NCBI RefSeq assembly: GCF_009914755.1
Contig: NC_060938.1
Strand: one strand, 5' to 3'
Length of the DNA: 64,000 nucleotides
Source of the DNA: the human T2T-CHM13v2.0 reference genome, Homo sapiens
Below the pieces are notes generated by a model. That model did not search any database. It was not told the DNA's origin and saw nothing but the letters and a program-made list of their open reading frames with translations. Shown here one piece after another: positions 1-14,600 of this stretch. Every line of letters starts with the position of its first letter. Within the stretch, counting starts at the first letter, position 1. The position numbers were made by a program, and so were the translations under genes.

Positions 1-457
1 ACTACTGAAACCAACCTTGGAACCAGTGCTGGAGTAGAAAATCTCAAACCGTAACTGGTGAACGGCTGGAGGATCCGCGTGGACAACTCTAAGTGGTAAA
101 AACTACAAGAGATAGAGTTACTGTTGGGGAGGGGGGACAATACTGTAAAATTGTCTCATGGAGCTTCACCAGGCTCCTGTGACAAATACCTGAGGAAACT
201 CCACTCCTGCTTCAGTCTTTCAGAAGGAAAAAGGAAAACCAGTTTGAAATATGCCAGAGCACCAAGTTCTTAACAAGGCTTGTCCACAGGAGAAACTACT
301 TAACTTCAGCCTAATCTGCTCTAGTATAATCAGAGACTAAATAACATAGGGGAAGGAAATTATCCCTTCCACTGTAGCCCATTCTAGTCATGTTCCACCT
401 AAGGTGGAAAATTAATTAAACAGAGGAACACTTCTGAGGTTCACAGTATAAACCCAA
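1..457 (+). mobile_element. Old L1M (L1MC/L1MD-like) 5' region, left part
   Basis: Resembles recalled L1M 5'-end sequence, ending ...cacttctgaggttcacag...cccaatcatag. It appears to continue colinearly at 25586 (catcaccacattactgaag...cagcagt...gcaaggcatactaaaa). Confidence 0.6.
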
Positions 458-2022
458 TCATAGCATTCCAGAACACGGCTGCTGGGGCCTGCGTGTTTGT
501 CCCTCACATATGGTACCAAAACGCTGCTCCTGAGGTCTGAATGTTTCTCCCTCACATAAGATTCCAGAACACTGCTATGAAGGTCTGAATGTTTGTCCCT
601 TACAAAGGATTCCATAACATTGATGCTGGGGTCTGAATGTTTATCCTTAACCTAGGATTTCAGAACACTGCTCCTGGGGTCTGAATGTTTGTCCCTCACA
701 CAGGATTCCAGAACACTGATGCTGGGGTCTGAATGTCTGTCCCTCACATAGAATACCAGAACACTGATAAGAGGGTCAGAATGTTTGTCCCTCACATAAG
801 ATTCCATAACACTGCTGCTGGGGTCTGAAAGTTTGTCCCTCACATAGGATTCCAGATCACTGCTACGAGGTTCTGAATATTTGTCCGTTACATAGGACTC
901 CAGAACACTGCTGTCGTGATCTGAATGTTTGTCCCCCACATAGGATTCCAGAACACTGCTGCTGGGGTCTGAATGTTTGTCCCTCACATAGATCTCCAGA
1001 ACAGTGCTGCGAGGGTCTGAATGTTTCTCCCTCACATAGGATTCCAGAACATTGCTGCGAGGGTCTAAAAGTCTGTCCCTCACATAGGATTCCAGAACAT
1101 TGCTGCGAGGGTCTAAAAGTCTGTCCCTCACATAGGATTCCAGAACACTGCTACGAGGTTATGAATGTTTGTCCGTTACATAGGATTCTAGAACACTGCT
1201 GCCATGGTCTGAATGTTTGTCCCTCACATAGGATTCCAGAACACTGCTGCTGGGGTCTGAATGTTTGCCCTCACATAAGATTCCAGAACACTGCTCCCGG
1301 GGTCTGAGTGTTAGTCCCTCACACAGGATTGCAGAACACTAATGCAATGATCTGAATGTTTCTCCCTCACGTAGGATTTCAGAACACTGCTGCTGGGGTC
1401 TGAATGTTTGTCCCTCACATAGCATTTCAAAATACTGCTGCTGGGTTATGAATGTTTTTCCCTCACTTAGAATTCCAGAACACTAACGCAATGATCTGGA
1501 TGATTGTCCCTCACGTAGGATTCCAGAACACTGCTGCTGGGGTCTGAATGTTTGTCCCTCACACAAGATTCCAGAACACTGCTATGAGGGTCTGATTATT
1601 TGTCCCTCACATAGGATTCCAGAACCCTCCTGATGTGGTCTGAATGCGTGTCCCTCACATAAGACTCCAGAACACTGCTATGAGGGTCTGAATGTCCGTC
1701 ATATAGGACTCCAGAACATGGCTGCTGTGGTCTGAAAGTTTTTCCCTCACATAGGATTCCAGAACACTAATGCAATGATCTGAATGTTTGTCCCTCACAT
1801 AGGATTCCAGAACACTGATTCCAGGGTCTGAATGTTTGTACCTCACATAGGATTCCAGAACACTGCTGCTGGGGTCTGGGTGTTTGTCCCACACATAGGA
1901 TTCCAGAACACTGCTGGGAATGTCTGAATGTTTTTCCATCACATGGGATCCCAGAACACTGCTATTGGCTTCTGAATGTTTGTCCCCCACACAGGATTCC
2001 AGAACACTGCTGCTGTGGTCTG
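458..2022 (+). repeat. CER (D22Z3-type) 48-bp satellite, left block
   Basis: Tandem unit ggtctgaatgtttgtccctcacataggattccagaacactgctgctgg is 48 bp. Minus-strand ORFs show a matching 16-codon periodicity. Confidence 0.93.
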
Positions 2023-2612
2023 TTTTTTTCTTTTACTTTTTGTCTTTTTAAAATTACTTTATTAATATTTATTTTTAATTGACATAGGATATTGCAAGTT
2101 TTTTGTAATGTAAAATGTGAGGGACAAACATTCAGACCAATGCAGTAGCGTTCTGGAATCCTATGTGAAGGACAAAGTATGCATACATTGTGAAAAGGTC
2201 AAATCTAGCTAATTAACAAATACATCAACTCACATAGTTATCATTTTTGTGATGAATACACATAACATTAACTTTCTATTTCTCAAGAATACAATATGTC
2301 ATATCAATTACAATCACCTTGCTCTACAATATATCTCCTGAAATGTATTCCTTCTGTGTAACTCTAAGTATGTATCCTCTGATTAACTGCAACTCCCCTT
2401 TACCCCTAGCTCTGATACCCACCATTGTACTTTGTAATTCTATGAGATCAACTTTTTAACATACCAGTAGAAGTCATGTCATGATATATTTGTCTTTTTG
2501 TGTCTGCCTTATTTCACTTAACATATTGTCCTCCAGGTTCATCCATGTTGTTTACAAACGACAGGGTTTTCTTTATTTACTGCCAAATAGTATACCACAT
2601 TTTCTTTCTTTT
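2023..2612 (-). mobile_element. L1MA-type 3' UTR fragment with T-rich tail, probably 3'-transduced by the adjacent L1PA
   Basis: tttttaattgacat...atacattgtgaaa...ctcacatagttatcattttt...tccaggttcatccatgttg is typical of the L1MA 3' UTR in antisense. There is a T-rich tract at 2023-2050, and the segment lies inside the candidate TSD of the L1PA. Confidence 0.7.
2115..2176 (-). repeat. Isolated inverted CER fragment (~62 bp)
   Basis: atgtgagggacaaacattcagaccaatgcagtagcgttctggaatcctatgtgaaggacaaa is the reverse complement of ~1.3 CER units. Confidence 0.9.
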
Positions 2613-4608
2613 TTTAATTATATTTTCCGTATTGAATTATTTATATATATATATATATATATTTATTATACTTTAAGTTCTCGGATACATGTGCACAACG
2701 TGCAGGTTTGTTATGTTTGCATACATGTGCCATGTTGGTGTGCTGCACCCAGTAACTCGTCATTTACCTTAGGTATATCTCCTAATGCTATCCCCCCTCC
2801 CCCCACCCCACAACAGGCCATGGTGTGTGATGTTCCCCTTCCTGTGTCTATGTGTTCTCATTGTTCAATTCCCGCCTATGAGCGAGAACATGTGGTGTTT
2901 GTTTTTCTGTCCTTGTGATAGTTTGCTGAGAATGATGATTTCCAGCTTCATCAATGTCCCTACAAAGGACATGAACTCATCATTTTTTAAAGCTGCATAG
3001 TATTCCCTGGCATATATGTGCCACATTTTCTTAATCCAGTCTATCATTGTTGGACATTTGGATATTACAGTTGGTTCCAAGTCTTTGCTATTGTGAGTAA
3101 CGTCACAATAAACATACGTGTGCATGTGTCTTTATAGCAGCATGACTTATATTCTGTTGGGTATATGTCCAGTAATTGGACGGCTGGGTCAAATGGTATT
3201 TCTAGCTCTAGATCCCTGAGGAAACACCACACTGTCTTCCACAATCGTCGAACTACTTTACAGTCCCACCAACAGTGTAAAAGTGTTCCTATTTCTCCAC
3301 ATCCTTTCTAGCACCTGTTGTTTTCTGACTTTTAAATGATCGCCATTCTAACTAGTGTGAGATGATATCTCATTGTGATTTTGATTTGCATTTCTCTGAT
3401 GGCGAGTGATGATGAGCATTTTTTCATGTGTCTGTTGGCTGCATAAATGTCTTCTTTTGAGAAGTGTCCGCTCATATCCTTCGCCCACTTGTTGATGGGT
3501 TTTTTTCTTGTAAATTTGTTTGAGTTCTTTGTAGATTCTGGATATTAGCCCTTTGTCAGATGAGTAGATTGCAAAAATTTTCTCCCATTCTGTAGGTTGC
3601 CTGTTCACTGGTATGCCTTTTGCTGCACAGAAGTTCTTTAGTTTAATTAGATCTCATTTGTCAATTTTGGCTTTTGTTGCCATTGCTTTGGATGTTTAAG
3701 ACATGAAGTCCTTGCCCATGCCTGTGTCCTGAATGGTATTGCCTAGGTTTTGTTCTCGGGTTTTCATGGTTTTAGGTCTAACATTTAAGTCTTTAATCCA
3801 TCTTGAATTAATTTTTGTATAAGGTGTAAGGAAGGGATCCAGTTTCAGCTTTCTACATATGTCTAGCCAGTTTTCCCAGCACCATTTGTTAAATAGGGAA
3901 TCCTTTCCCCATTTCTTGTTTTTGTCAGGTTTGTCAAAGATCAGATGGTTGTAGATGTGTGGTATTATTTCTGAGGGCTCTGTTCTGTTCCATTGGTCTA
4001 TATCTCTGTTTTGGTACCAGTACCTTGCTGCTTTGGTTACTGTAGTCTTGTAGTATAGTTTGAAGTCAGGTAGCGTGATGCCTCCAGCTTTGTTCTTTTA
4101 GCTTAGGATTGACTTGGCCATGTGGGCTCTTTTTTGGTTCCATATGAACTTTAAAGTGGTTTTTTCCAATTCTGTGAAGAAAATCATTGTTAGCTTCATG
4201 GGGATGGTATTGAATCTATAAATTACCTTGGGCAGTATGGCCATTTTCACGATATTGATTCTTCCTATCCATAAGCATGGAATGCTCTTCCATTGGTTTG
4301 TGTCCTCTTTTATTTTGTTGAGCAGTGTTTTGTAGTTCTCCTTGAAGAGCTCCTTCACATCCCTTGTAAGTTGGATTCCTAGGTAATTTATTCTCTTTGA
4401 AGCAACTGTGAATGGGAGTTCATTCATGATTTGGCTCTCAGTTTGCCTGTTATTGCTGTATAAGAATGCTTGTGATTTTTGCACATTGATTTTGTATCCT
4501 GAGACCTCACTGAAGTTGCTTACCAGCTTAAGGAGATTTTGGGCTGAGATGATGGTGTTTTCTAGATATACAAACATGTCATCTGCAAACAGGGACAATT
4601 TGACTTCC
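2613..4608 (-). mobile_element. L1PA (about L1PA4/5) 3' portion, non-inverted arm of a twin-primed insertion
   Basis: (TA)n/T tail followed by ttattatactttaagttct...catgtgcacaacgtgcagg. Minus-strand ORF2 fragments include LSLFADDM (4098-4634). Confidence 0.95.
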
Positions 4609-5693
<1,085 letters not shown>

Positions 5694-8600
5694 GGGGTCT
5701 GTTTGCCCTCACATAAGATTCCAGAACACTGCTGCTGTGGTCTGCTTGTGCCTCACATAGCATTCCAGAACACTGCTGCTATGGTCTGAGTGATTGTCCC
5801 TGACATAGGATTCCAAAACACTGCTACGAGGGTCTGAATGGTTTGTCCCCCACATAGCATTCCAGAACACCGTGGCGAGGGTGTGAATGTTTCCCCCTCA
5901 CATAGGATTACAGAACACTCCTGCTGTGGTCTGAATATTTGTCCCTCACATAGGATTCCAGAACACTGCAGATGGGATCTGAATGTTTGTCCCTTACGTA
6001 GGATTCCAGAACACTCCTGCTGTGGTCAGAGTGTTTGTCCCTCACATAGGATTCCAGAACACTCCTGCTGTGGTCTGAATGTTTGTTCCTCATTTAAGAT
6101 TCCAGAACACTGATGCTGTGGTCTGAACATTTCTCCTTCACATAGGATTCCAGAACACAGTTGCTGGGGTCTGAAAGTTTGTCCCTCACATAGGATTCCA
6201 GAATACTGCTACGGGGGTTTGAATGTTTCTCCCTCACATAGGATTCCAGGCCACTCCTGCTGTGGTCTGAATGTTTTTCCCTCACATAGGATTACAGAAC
6301 ACTGCTAGTGTGGTCTAAATGTTTGACCCTCACATAGGAGTCCAGAACACTGCTGCTGGGTTGCAAGTGTCTCTCTCTCACATAGAATTCAGGAACACTG
6401 CTAAGAGGGTCTGATTGTTTGTCCCTCACATAGGATTCTGGAACACTGCTGCTGGGTTCTTAGTGTTTGCCCACACATAGGATTCCAGAACACTGTTGCT
6501 GTGGACTGAATGTTTGTTCCTCACAAAGGATTGAAGAACACTCCTGCAGTGGTCTGAATGTTTACCACTCACGTAGGATTCCAGAACACTACTGCAGGGT
6601 TCTGAGTGTTTGTCCCTCACATAGGACTCCACAAAACTGCTGCTGTGGTCTGAATATTTGTTCCTCACATAGGATTCCAGAACACTGCTACGAGGGTCTG
6701 AATATCTGTCCCTCAAATAGGATTCCAGAACATTCTTGCTGTGGTCTGAATGTTAGTCCCTCACATAGGATTCCAAAACACTGCTGCTGGGTTGTATTTC
6801 CCCTCACTTAGGATTCCAGAACACTGCTACGAGGGTCTGAATGATTGTCCCTCACTAGGACTCCAGAACACTGCTGCTGGAATCTGAATGTTTGTCCCTC
6901 ACATAGGATTCCAGGATAATCATGCTGCGGTCTGAATGTTTGCGCCTCACATAGTATTCCAGAACACTCCTGCTGTGGACTGAATATTTATCCCTCACTT
7001 TGGATTCCAGAACACTGCTGTTGGGTTCTGAGTGTTTGTCCCTCACTTACGATTCCAGAACACTGCTACATGGCTCTAAATGTTTGTCCCTCATGCAGAA
7101 ATCCAGAACACTGCTGCTGGGTCTGAATAGTTGTCTATCACATAGGATTCCAGAAGACTGCTACGAGGGTCTGAATGTTTGTCCCTCAAATAGGATTCGA
7201 GAACACTCCTGCTGTGGTCTGATTGTTTGTCCCTCACAAAGGATTCCAGAACAATCCTGCTGTTGTCTGAATGTTTGTCCCTCACACAGGATTCCAGAAC
7301 TCTGCTACGAGGGTCTGAATGTTTGTACCTCACATAGGATTTCAGAACACTCCTGCTGTGGTCTGATTGTTTGTCCCTCACAAAGGATTCCAGAGCATTC
7401 CTGCTGTGGTCTGAACGATTGTTCCTCACAGAGGATTCCAAAACACTCCTGCTATGGTCTGAATGTTTGTCCAGCACATAGGAATCCAGAACACTCCTAC
7501 TATGGTGTGAAAGTTTGTTCCTTACATAAGATTCCAGAACACTGCTGCTGTGGTCTGAATCTCACAAAGGATTCCAGGACACACCTCCTGTGATCTCAAT
7601 GTTTGTCCCTCACACAGGATTCCACAACACTGCTGGGGGGTTCTGAGCGTTTGTCCCTCACATAGGATTCCCAAACACTGCTACAAGGGTCAGAATGTTT
7701 GTCCCTCACAGAGGATTCCAGAACACTACTGCTGGGTTCTGAGTGTTTGTCCCTCACATAGGACTCCACAACTCTGCTGCTGTCTTCTGAAGGTTTGTTC
7801 CTCACATAGGATTCCAGAACAGTGCTATGAGGGTCTGAATATTTGTCCCTCATATAGGATTAAAGAACACTTCTCCTGTGGTATGAATGTTTGTCCTCCA
7901 CATAGGATTCCAGAACACTGCTGCTAGGTTCTGAGTGTCTGTCCCTCACACAGGATTCCAGAACACTGCTAGGAGGGTCTGAATGTTTGCCCCTCTCATA
8001 GGATATCAGAACACTCCTGCTGTTGCCTGATTGTTTCTCCCTCACAAAGGACTCCAGAACACTCCTGCTGTGGTCTGAATGTTTGTCCATCACACAAGAT
8101 TCCAGAACACTGCTGCTACGTTCTCAGTGTCTGTCCCTCACATAGGATTCCAGAACACTGCTTCTGGGGTCTGAATGTTTGTCCCTCACATAGGATTACA
8201 GAACACTGTTTCTGGGGTCTGAATATTCATCCCTCACATAGGATTACAGAACACTGCTATGAGGGTCTGAATGTTCGTCTTACACAAAGGATTCCAGAAC
8301 ACTCCTGCTGTGGTCTGAATGTTTGTCCCTCACATAAAATTCCAGAACACTACTGCTCTGGTCTGAATGTTTGTCCCTAACATAGTATTACACAATACCC
8401 CTGCTGTGGTCTGAATGTTTGCCCCTCACATAGGATTCCAGAACACTGCTGCTGGGATCTCAGTGTTTGTCCCTCACATAGGATTCCAGAACATGGCTAC
8501 GATGCTCTGAATGTTTGTCCCTCACATAGGATTTCAGAACACTGCTGTTGGGATCTGAATGTTTGTCCCTCACATAGGATTCCAGAACACTACTGCTGGG

Positions 8601-11600
8601 GTCCGAATATTTGTCCCTCACATTGGATTCCAGAACACTGCTGCTGGGATCTCAGTGTTTGTCCCTCACATAGGATTCCAGAACACGGGTACGATGCTAT
8701 GAATGTTTGTCCCTCACATGAGATCCCAGAACACTGCTGCTGGGGTCTGAATGTTTGTCCCTCACATAGAATTCCAGAACGCTGATGCTGGGGTCTGAAT
8801 GTTTTTCCCTTACATAGGATTCTGGAACACTGCTACGTGGGTCTGAATGTTTGTCCATCACATAGGATTCCAGAAAACAGCTATGAGTGTCTGAATGCTT
8901 CTCCCTTACATAGGATCCCAGAACACTCCAGCTGTGGTGTGAATGTTTGTCCCTCACATAACATTCAAGAACACTGCTGCTGGGGTCTGAATGTTTGTCC
9001 CTCACAAAGGATTCCAGAAAAATGCTGCTGGCATCTGAATGTTTGTCCTTTACATCGGATTCCAGAACACTGCTGCTGGGTTCTGAGTATTTGTCTCTCA
9101 CATAGGACTCCAGAACACTCCTGCTGTGGTCTAAAAGTTTGTCACTCACATAGGATTCCGGAAAACTTCTGCTGGGTTCTCAGTGTTTGTCCCTTACATA
9201 GAATTCCAGAACATTGCTAAGAGGGTCTGAATGTTTGTCCTTCACATAGGTGTCCAGAACACTGCTGCTGGGGTCTGAAGGTTTGTCCCTCACACAGGAT
9301 TCCAGAACAGTGCTACGAGGGTCTGAATATTTTTCCATCAAATAGGATTGGAGAACACTCCTGCTGTGGTCTGAATGTTTGTCCCTCACACAGGTTTCCA
9401 GAACACTCCTGCTGTGGTCTGAATGTTTGTCCCTCACATAGGATTCCAGAACACTGCTGCTAGGTTAAGTGTCTGTCCCTCATATGGGATTGTATAACAC
9501 TGTTATGAGGGTCTGAATGTTTGTCCCTCACACAGGATTCCTGAACACTCCTACTGTGGTCTGAATGCTTGTTCCTCACACACAATTCCACCACACTCCT
9601 GCTGTTGTCTGAATGTTTCTCCCTCACATAGGATTCCAGAACACTGCTGCTGGGTTCTGAGTGTTTGTCCCTCACATAGGATTCCAGAACACTGCTACGA
9701 GGGTCCGAATATTTGATCCTGAGATAAGATTCTAGAAAACTGCTGCTCGAGTCTGAGTGTTTGTCCTTCACATAGGATTCCAGAACACTGTTACGAGGGT
9801 CTGAATGTTTGACCCTCACATAGGACTCCAGAACACTCCTGCTGTGTTCTGAATGTCTGTCGCTCGCATAGGATTCCAGAACACTGCTACAAGGGTCTGA
9901 ATGTTTCTCCTTCACAAGGGATTCCAGAACATTCCTGCTGTTGTGTGAATGTCTGTCCCTCACATAGGATTTCACAACGCTCCTGCTGTGTTCTGAATGT
10001 TTGACCCTCACATAGCATTCAAGACCACTGCTGCTGGGGTCTGAATGAGCCTCACATAAAATTCCAGAACACTGTTACGAGGGTCTGAATGTTTGACCCT
10101 CACATAGGACTCCAGAACACTCCTGCTGTGGTCTGAATGTTGGTCCCTCACATAGGACTCCAGAACACTCCTGCTATGGTCTGAATGTTGGTCCCTCACA
10201 TAGGACTCCAGAACACTCCTGCTATGGTCTGAATGTTGGTCCCTCACATAGGATTCCAGAACACTCCTGCTATGGTCTGAATGTTGGTCCCTCACATAGG
10301 ACTCCAGAACACTCCTGCTGTGGAGTGAATATTTGTCCCTCCCATAGGATCCCAGAACAATGCTCCTGGATTCTGAGTTTTATTCCCTCACAGAGGATTC
10401 CAGAACACCACTACGAGGGTATGAATGTTTTTCCCTCACAGAGGATTCCAGAAAACTGCTGCTGGGGTCTGAATGTTTGTCCCTCACATAGGAGTCCAGA
10501 ACATTGTTATGAGGGTCTGAATCTTTGTCCCTGACATAGGATTCCAGAACACTCCTACTGTGGCCTGAATGTTTGTTCCTCACATAGGATTCCAGAACAC
10601 CCCTGCTGTTGTCTGAATGTTTCACACTCACATAGGACTCCAAAACACTCCTGGTTTGGTTTCAAAGTTTGTCCCTCACATAGGATTTCACAACTCTCCT
10701 GCAGTGTTCTGAAAATTTGTCCCTCACATAAGATTCCAGAACACTCCTGCTGTGTTCTGAATATTTGTCCCTCACATAAGTCTCCATAACACTCCTGCTG
10801 TGGTTAGGATGTTTGTCCCTCAGATAGCATTCAAGAACACTGCTGCTGGAGTCTGAATGTTTGTCTCTAACATACAATTCCACAGCACTACTGCTCTGGT
10901 CTGAAGGTTTGTCCTTCACATATGAGTTCAGAACAGTGGTGCTGGATTCTGAGCGTTTGTCATTCACATAGGATTCCAGAACACAGCAAAGACAGTCTGA
11001 ATATTTGTCCCTCACTTAGGATTCCAGAATACTGCTTCTGGGTTCTGAGAGTTTGTCCCACACATAGGATTCCAGAACACTGCTACAAGGGTCTGAATGT
11101 TTGTCCATTAAATGATATTCCAGAGAACTGCTGCTGGGGTCTCAATGTTTGTCCCTCAGACTGCATTCCAGAACACTCCTGCTGTGGTCTGAATATTTAC
11201 CCCTCAAATAGGATTCCATAACACTGCTGCTGTGGTCTGACTGTCCCTCACATAGGATTCCAGAACAATTCTGTTACGATCTGAATGTTTGTCCCTCACA
11301 TAGCATTCCAGAAGACTGCTGCTGTGGACTGAATGTTTTTCCCTGACGTAGGATTCCAGAACACTGCTCCTGGATTCTCAGTTTTTTTTCCCTCAAATAG
11401 GATTCCAGAACACTCCTGCTGTTTTCTGAATATTTGTTCCTCACATACGTCTCCATAACAATCCTGCTGTGGTTAGGATGTTTGTCCCTCAGATAGCATT
11501 CAGGAACACTGCTGCTGGAGTCTGAATGTTTGTCTCTAACATACAATTCCACAGCACTACTGCTCTGGTCTGAAGGTTTTTCCTTCACATATGATTTCAG

Positions 11601-14600
11601 AACACTGGTGCTGGATTCTGAGCGATTGTCATTCACATAAGATTCCAGAACACTGCTAAGAGGGTCTGAATATTTGTCCCTTACTTAGGATTCCAGAATA
11701 CTGCTTCTGGGTTCTGAGTGTTTGTCCCACACATAGGATTCCAGAACACTGCTACAAGGGTCTGAATGTTTGACCATTAAATGATATTCCAGAGCACTGC
11801 TAATGGGGTCTCAATGTTTGTCCCTCAGACAGCATTCCAGAACACTCCTGCTGTGGTCTGAATATCTGTCCCTCACATAGGATTCCATAACACTGCTGCT
11901 GTGGTCTGACTGTTTGTCCCTCACATAGGATTCCAGAACAATTCTGCTACGATCTGAATGTTTGTCCCTCACATAGCATTCCAGAAGACTGCTGCTGCGG
12001 ACTGAATGTTTTTCCCTGACAAAGGATTCCGGAACATTGCTCCCGGATTCTGAGTTTTTTTTCCCTCAAATAGGATTCCAGAACACTGCTGCGAGGGTAT
12101 GAATGATTTTCCCTAAATAGGATTCCAGAACACTGCTGCTGGGGTCTGAAAGTTGGTCCCTCACATAGGATTACATAACACTCCTAGTGTGGTCTGAATG
12201 TTTGTTCCTCACATAGGATTTCAGAACACTCCTGTAGTGTTCTGCATGCTTGTCCCTCACATAGGATTCCAGAACACTTCCACAAGTGTCTGAATGTTTG
12301 TCCTTCACAAGGGATTCCAGAAGACTCCTGCTGTGATCTGAATGTTTGTCCCTCACCTAGGATTTCAGAACACTCCTGCTGTGATCTGAATGTTTGTCCC
12401 TCACATAGGACTCCAGAACACTCCTGCTGTGGTCTGAATGTTTGTCTCTGAGATAGCATTCAAGAACACTGCTGCTGGAGTCTGAGCGTTTGCCCCTCAC
12501 ATAATATTCCAGAACACTGCTGCTGGGTTCTGAATGTTTGTCCATCACGTAGGATTCCAGAACACTCCTACTGTGCTCTGAAAGTTTGTTCCTCACATGT
12601 GATTCCAGAACACTCCTGCTCTGGTCTGAATGTTTGTCCCTCACATAGGATTCCAGAACACTGTTACGAGGGTCTGAACGTTTCTCCCTCACATAGGATT
12701 CCAGAACAATCCTACAGTTGTCTGAATGTTTGTTCCTCACATAGGATTCCAGAACACTGCTATGAGGGTCTGAATGTTTGTCCCTCACATAGGATTCCAG
12801 AACACTGCTAGGAGGGTCTGAATGTTTGTCCCTCACATAAGATTTCACAACGCTGCTACTGGGGTCTGAATGTTTCTCCCTTACATAGGATTCCAGAAAA
12901 CTGCTACGACAGTCAGAATGCTTGTCCTTCACATAGGATTGGAGCACATTCCTGCTGTGGTCTGAAGATTTGTCTCTCACATGGCATCCAAGAACACTGA
13001 TCCTGGGGTCTGAATGTTTGTCCCTCACATAGGATCCCAGAACACTGCTGCTGGGGTCTGCAGGTTTGTCCCTCACATAGGATTCCAGAAAACTGCTACG
13101 AGAGTCAGAATGCTTGTCCTTCATATAGGATTCGAGCACATTCCTGCTGTGGTCTGAAGATTTGTCTCTCACATGGCATCCAAGAACACTGCTCCTGGGG
13201 TCTGAATGTTTGTCCCTCACATAGGATCCCAGAACACTGCTGCTGAGGTCTGCATGTTTGTCCCTCACATAGGATTCCATAACACTGCTGTGGGCTTCTG
13301 AGTGCTTGTCCCTCACATAGGACTCCAGGACACTCTTTTTGTTGTCTGAATGTTTGTCCCTCACATAGCATTCCAGAACACTGCTGCTGGGGTCTCAATG
13401 TTTGTCACTCAGAGAGCATTCCAGAACAATCTTGCTGTTGTCTGAATGTTTGTCCCTCATGTAGGATTCCATAACACTCCTGCTGTGGTTTGAATGCTTG
13501 TCCCTCATGTAGGATTCCAGAACTCTTCTGCTATGGTCTGAATGTTTGCCCCTCAAATAACATTCCAGAACACTGGTGCTGTGGAATGAGTGTTTGTCCC
13601 TCACATAGGATTGCAGAACACTCCTGCAGTGGTCTGAATGTTTCTCCCTCACACAGGTTTCCAGAACACTCCTGCTGTGGTCTGAAAGTTTGTTCTTCAC
13701 ATACGATTCCAGAACACAGCTACAAGGGTCTCAATGTTTGTCCCTCAGACAGGATTACAAAACACTCCTGCTGTGGTCTGAATGTTTGTTCCTCACATAG
13801 GATTCCAAAACACGCCTGCTGTGGTCAGAATGTTTGTTCCCCATATAGGAAATCAGAACACTCCTGCAGTGTTCTGAATGTTTGTCCCTCACATAGGACT
13901 CCAGAACACTCCTGCTGTGGTCTGAAAGTTTGTCCCTCACATAGCATTCAAGAACACTACTGTTGGAGTCTGAATGTTTGTCCCTCACATAGGATTCCAG
14001 AACAATTCTGCACTGGTCTGAATGTTTGTCCCTCACACAGGATTCCAGAACACAGCTGCTGGATTCTGAGCATTTGTCCCTCAAAAAGGATTCCAGAACA
14101 CCCCTACGAGGGTCTGAATATTTGTCCCTCACATAGGATTGCAGAACACTGTTGGTGGGTTCTGAGTGTTTGTCCCTTACATAGGATTCCAGAACACTGC
14201 TACAAGCGTCTGAATGTTGGTACATCACATAAGATTCCAAAACACTGCTGCTGGGGTCTGAATGTTTGTCTCTCACATAGGATTCCAGAACACTGCTGCT
14301 GAGGTCTCAATGTTTGTCCCTAAGAGAGCATTCCAGAACAATCTTGCTGTGGTCTGAATATTTGTCCCTCATGTAGGATTCCATAACACTCCTGCTGTGG
14401 TCTGAATGTTTGTCCCTCACATAGGACTCCAGAACTCTCCTGCTATAGTCTGAATGTTTGCCCCTCACATAGCATTCCAGAACACTGCTGCTGTGGACTG
14501 AATATTTGTCCCTCACAAAGGATTCCAGAGCAGTGCTCCTGGATTCTGAGTTTTTTTTCCCTCACATAGGATTCTAGAACACCCCTACGAGGATACGAAT

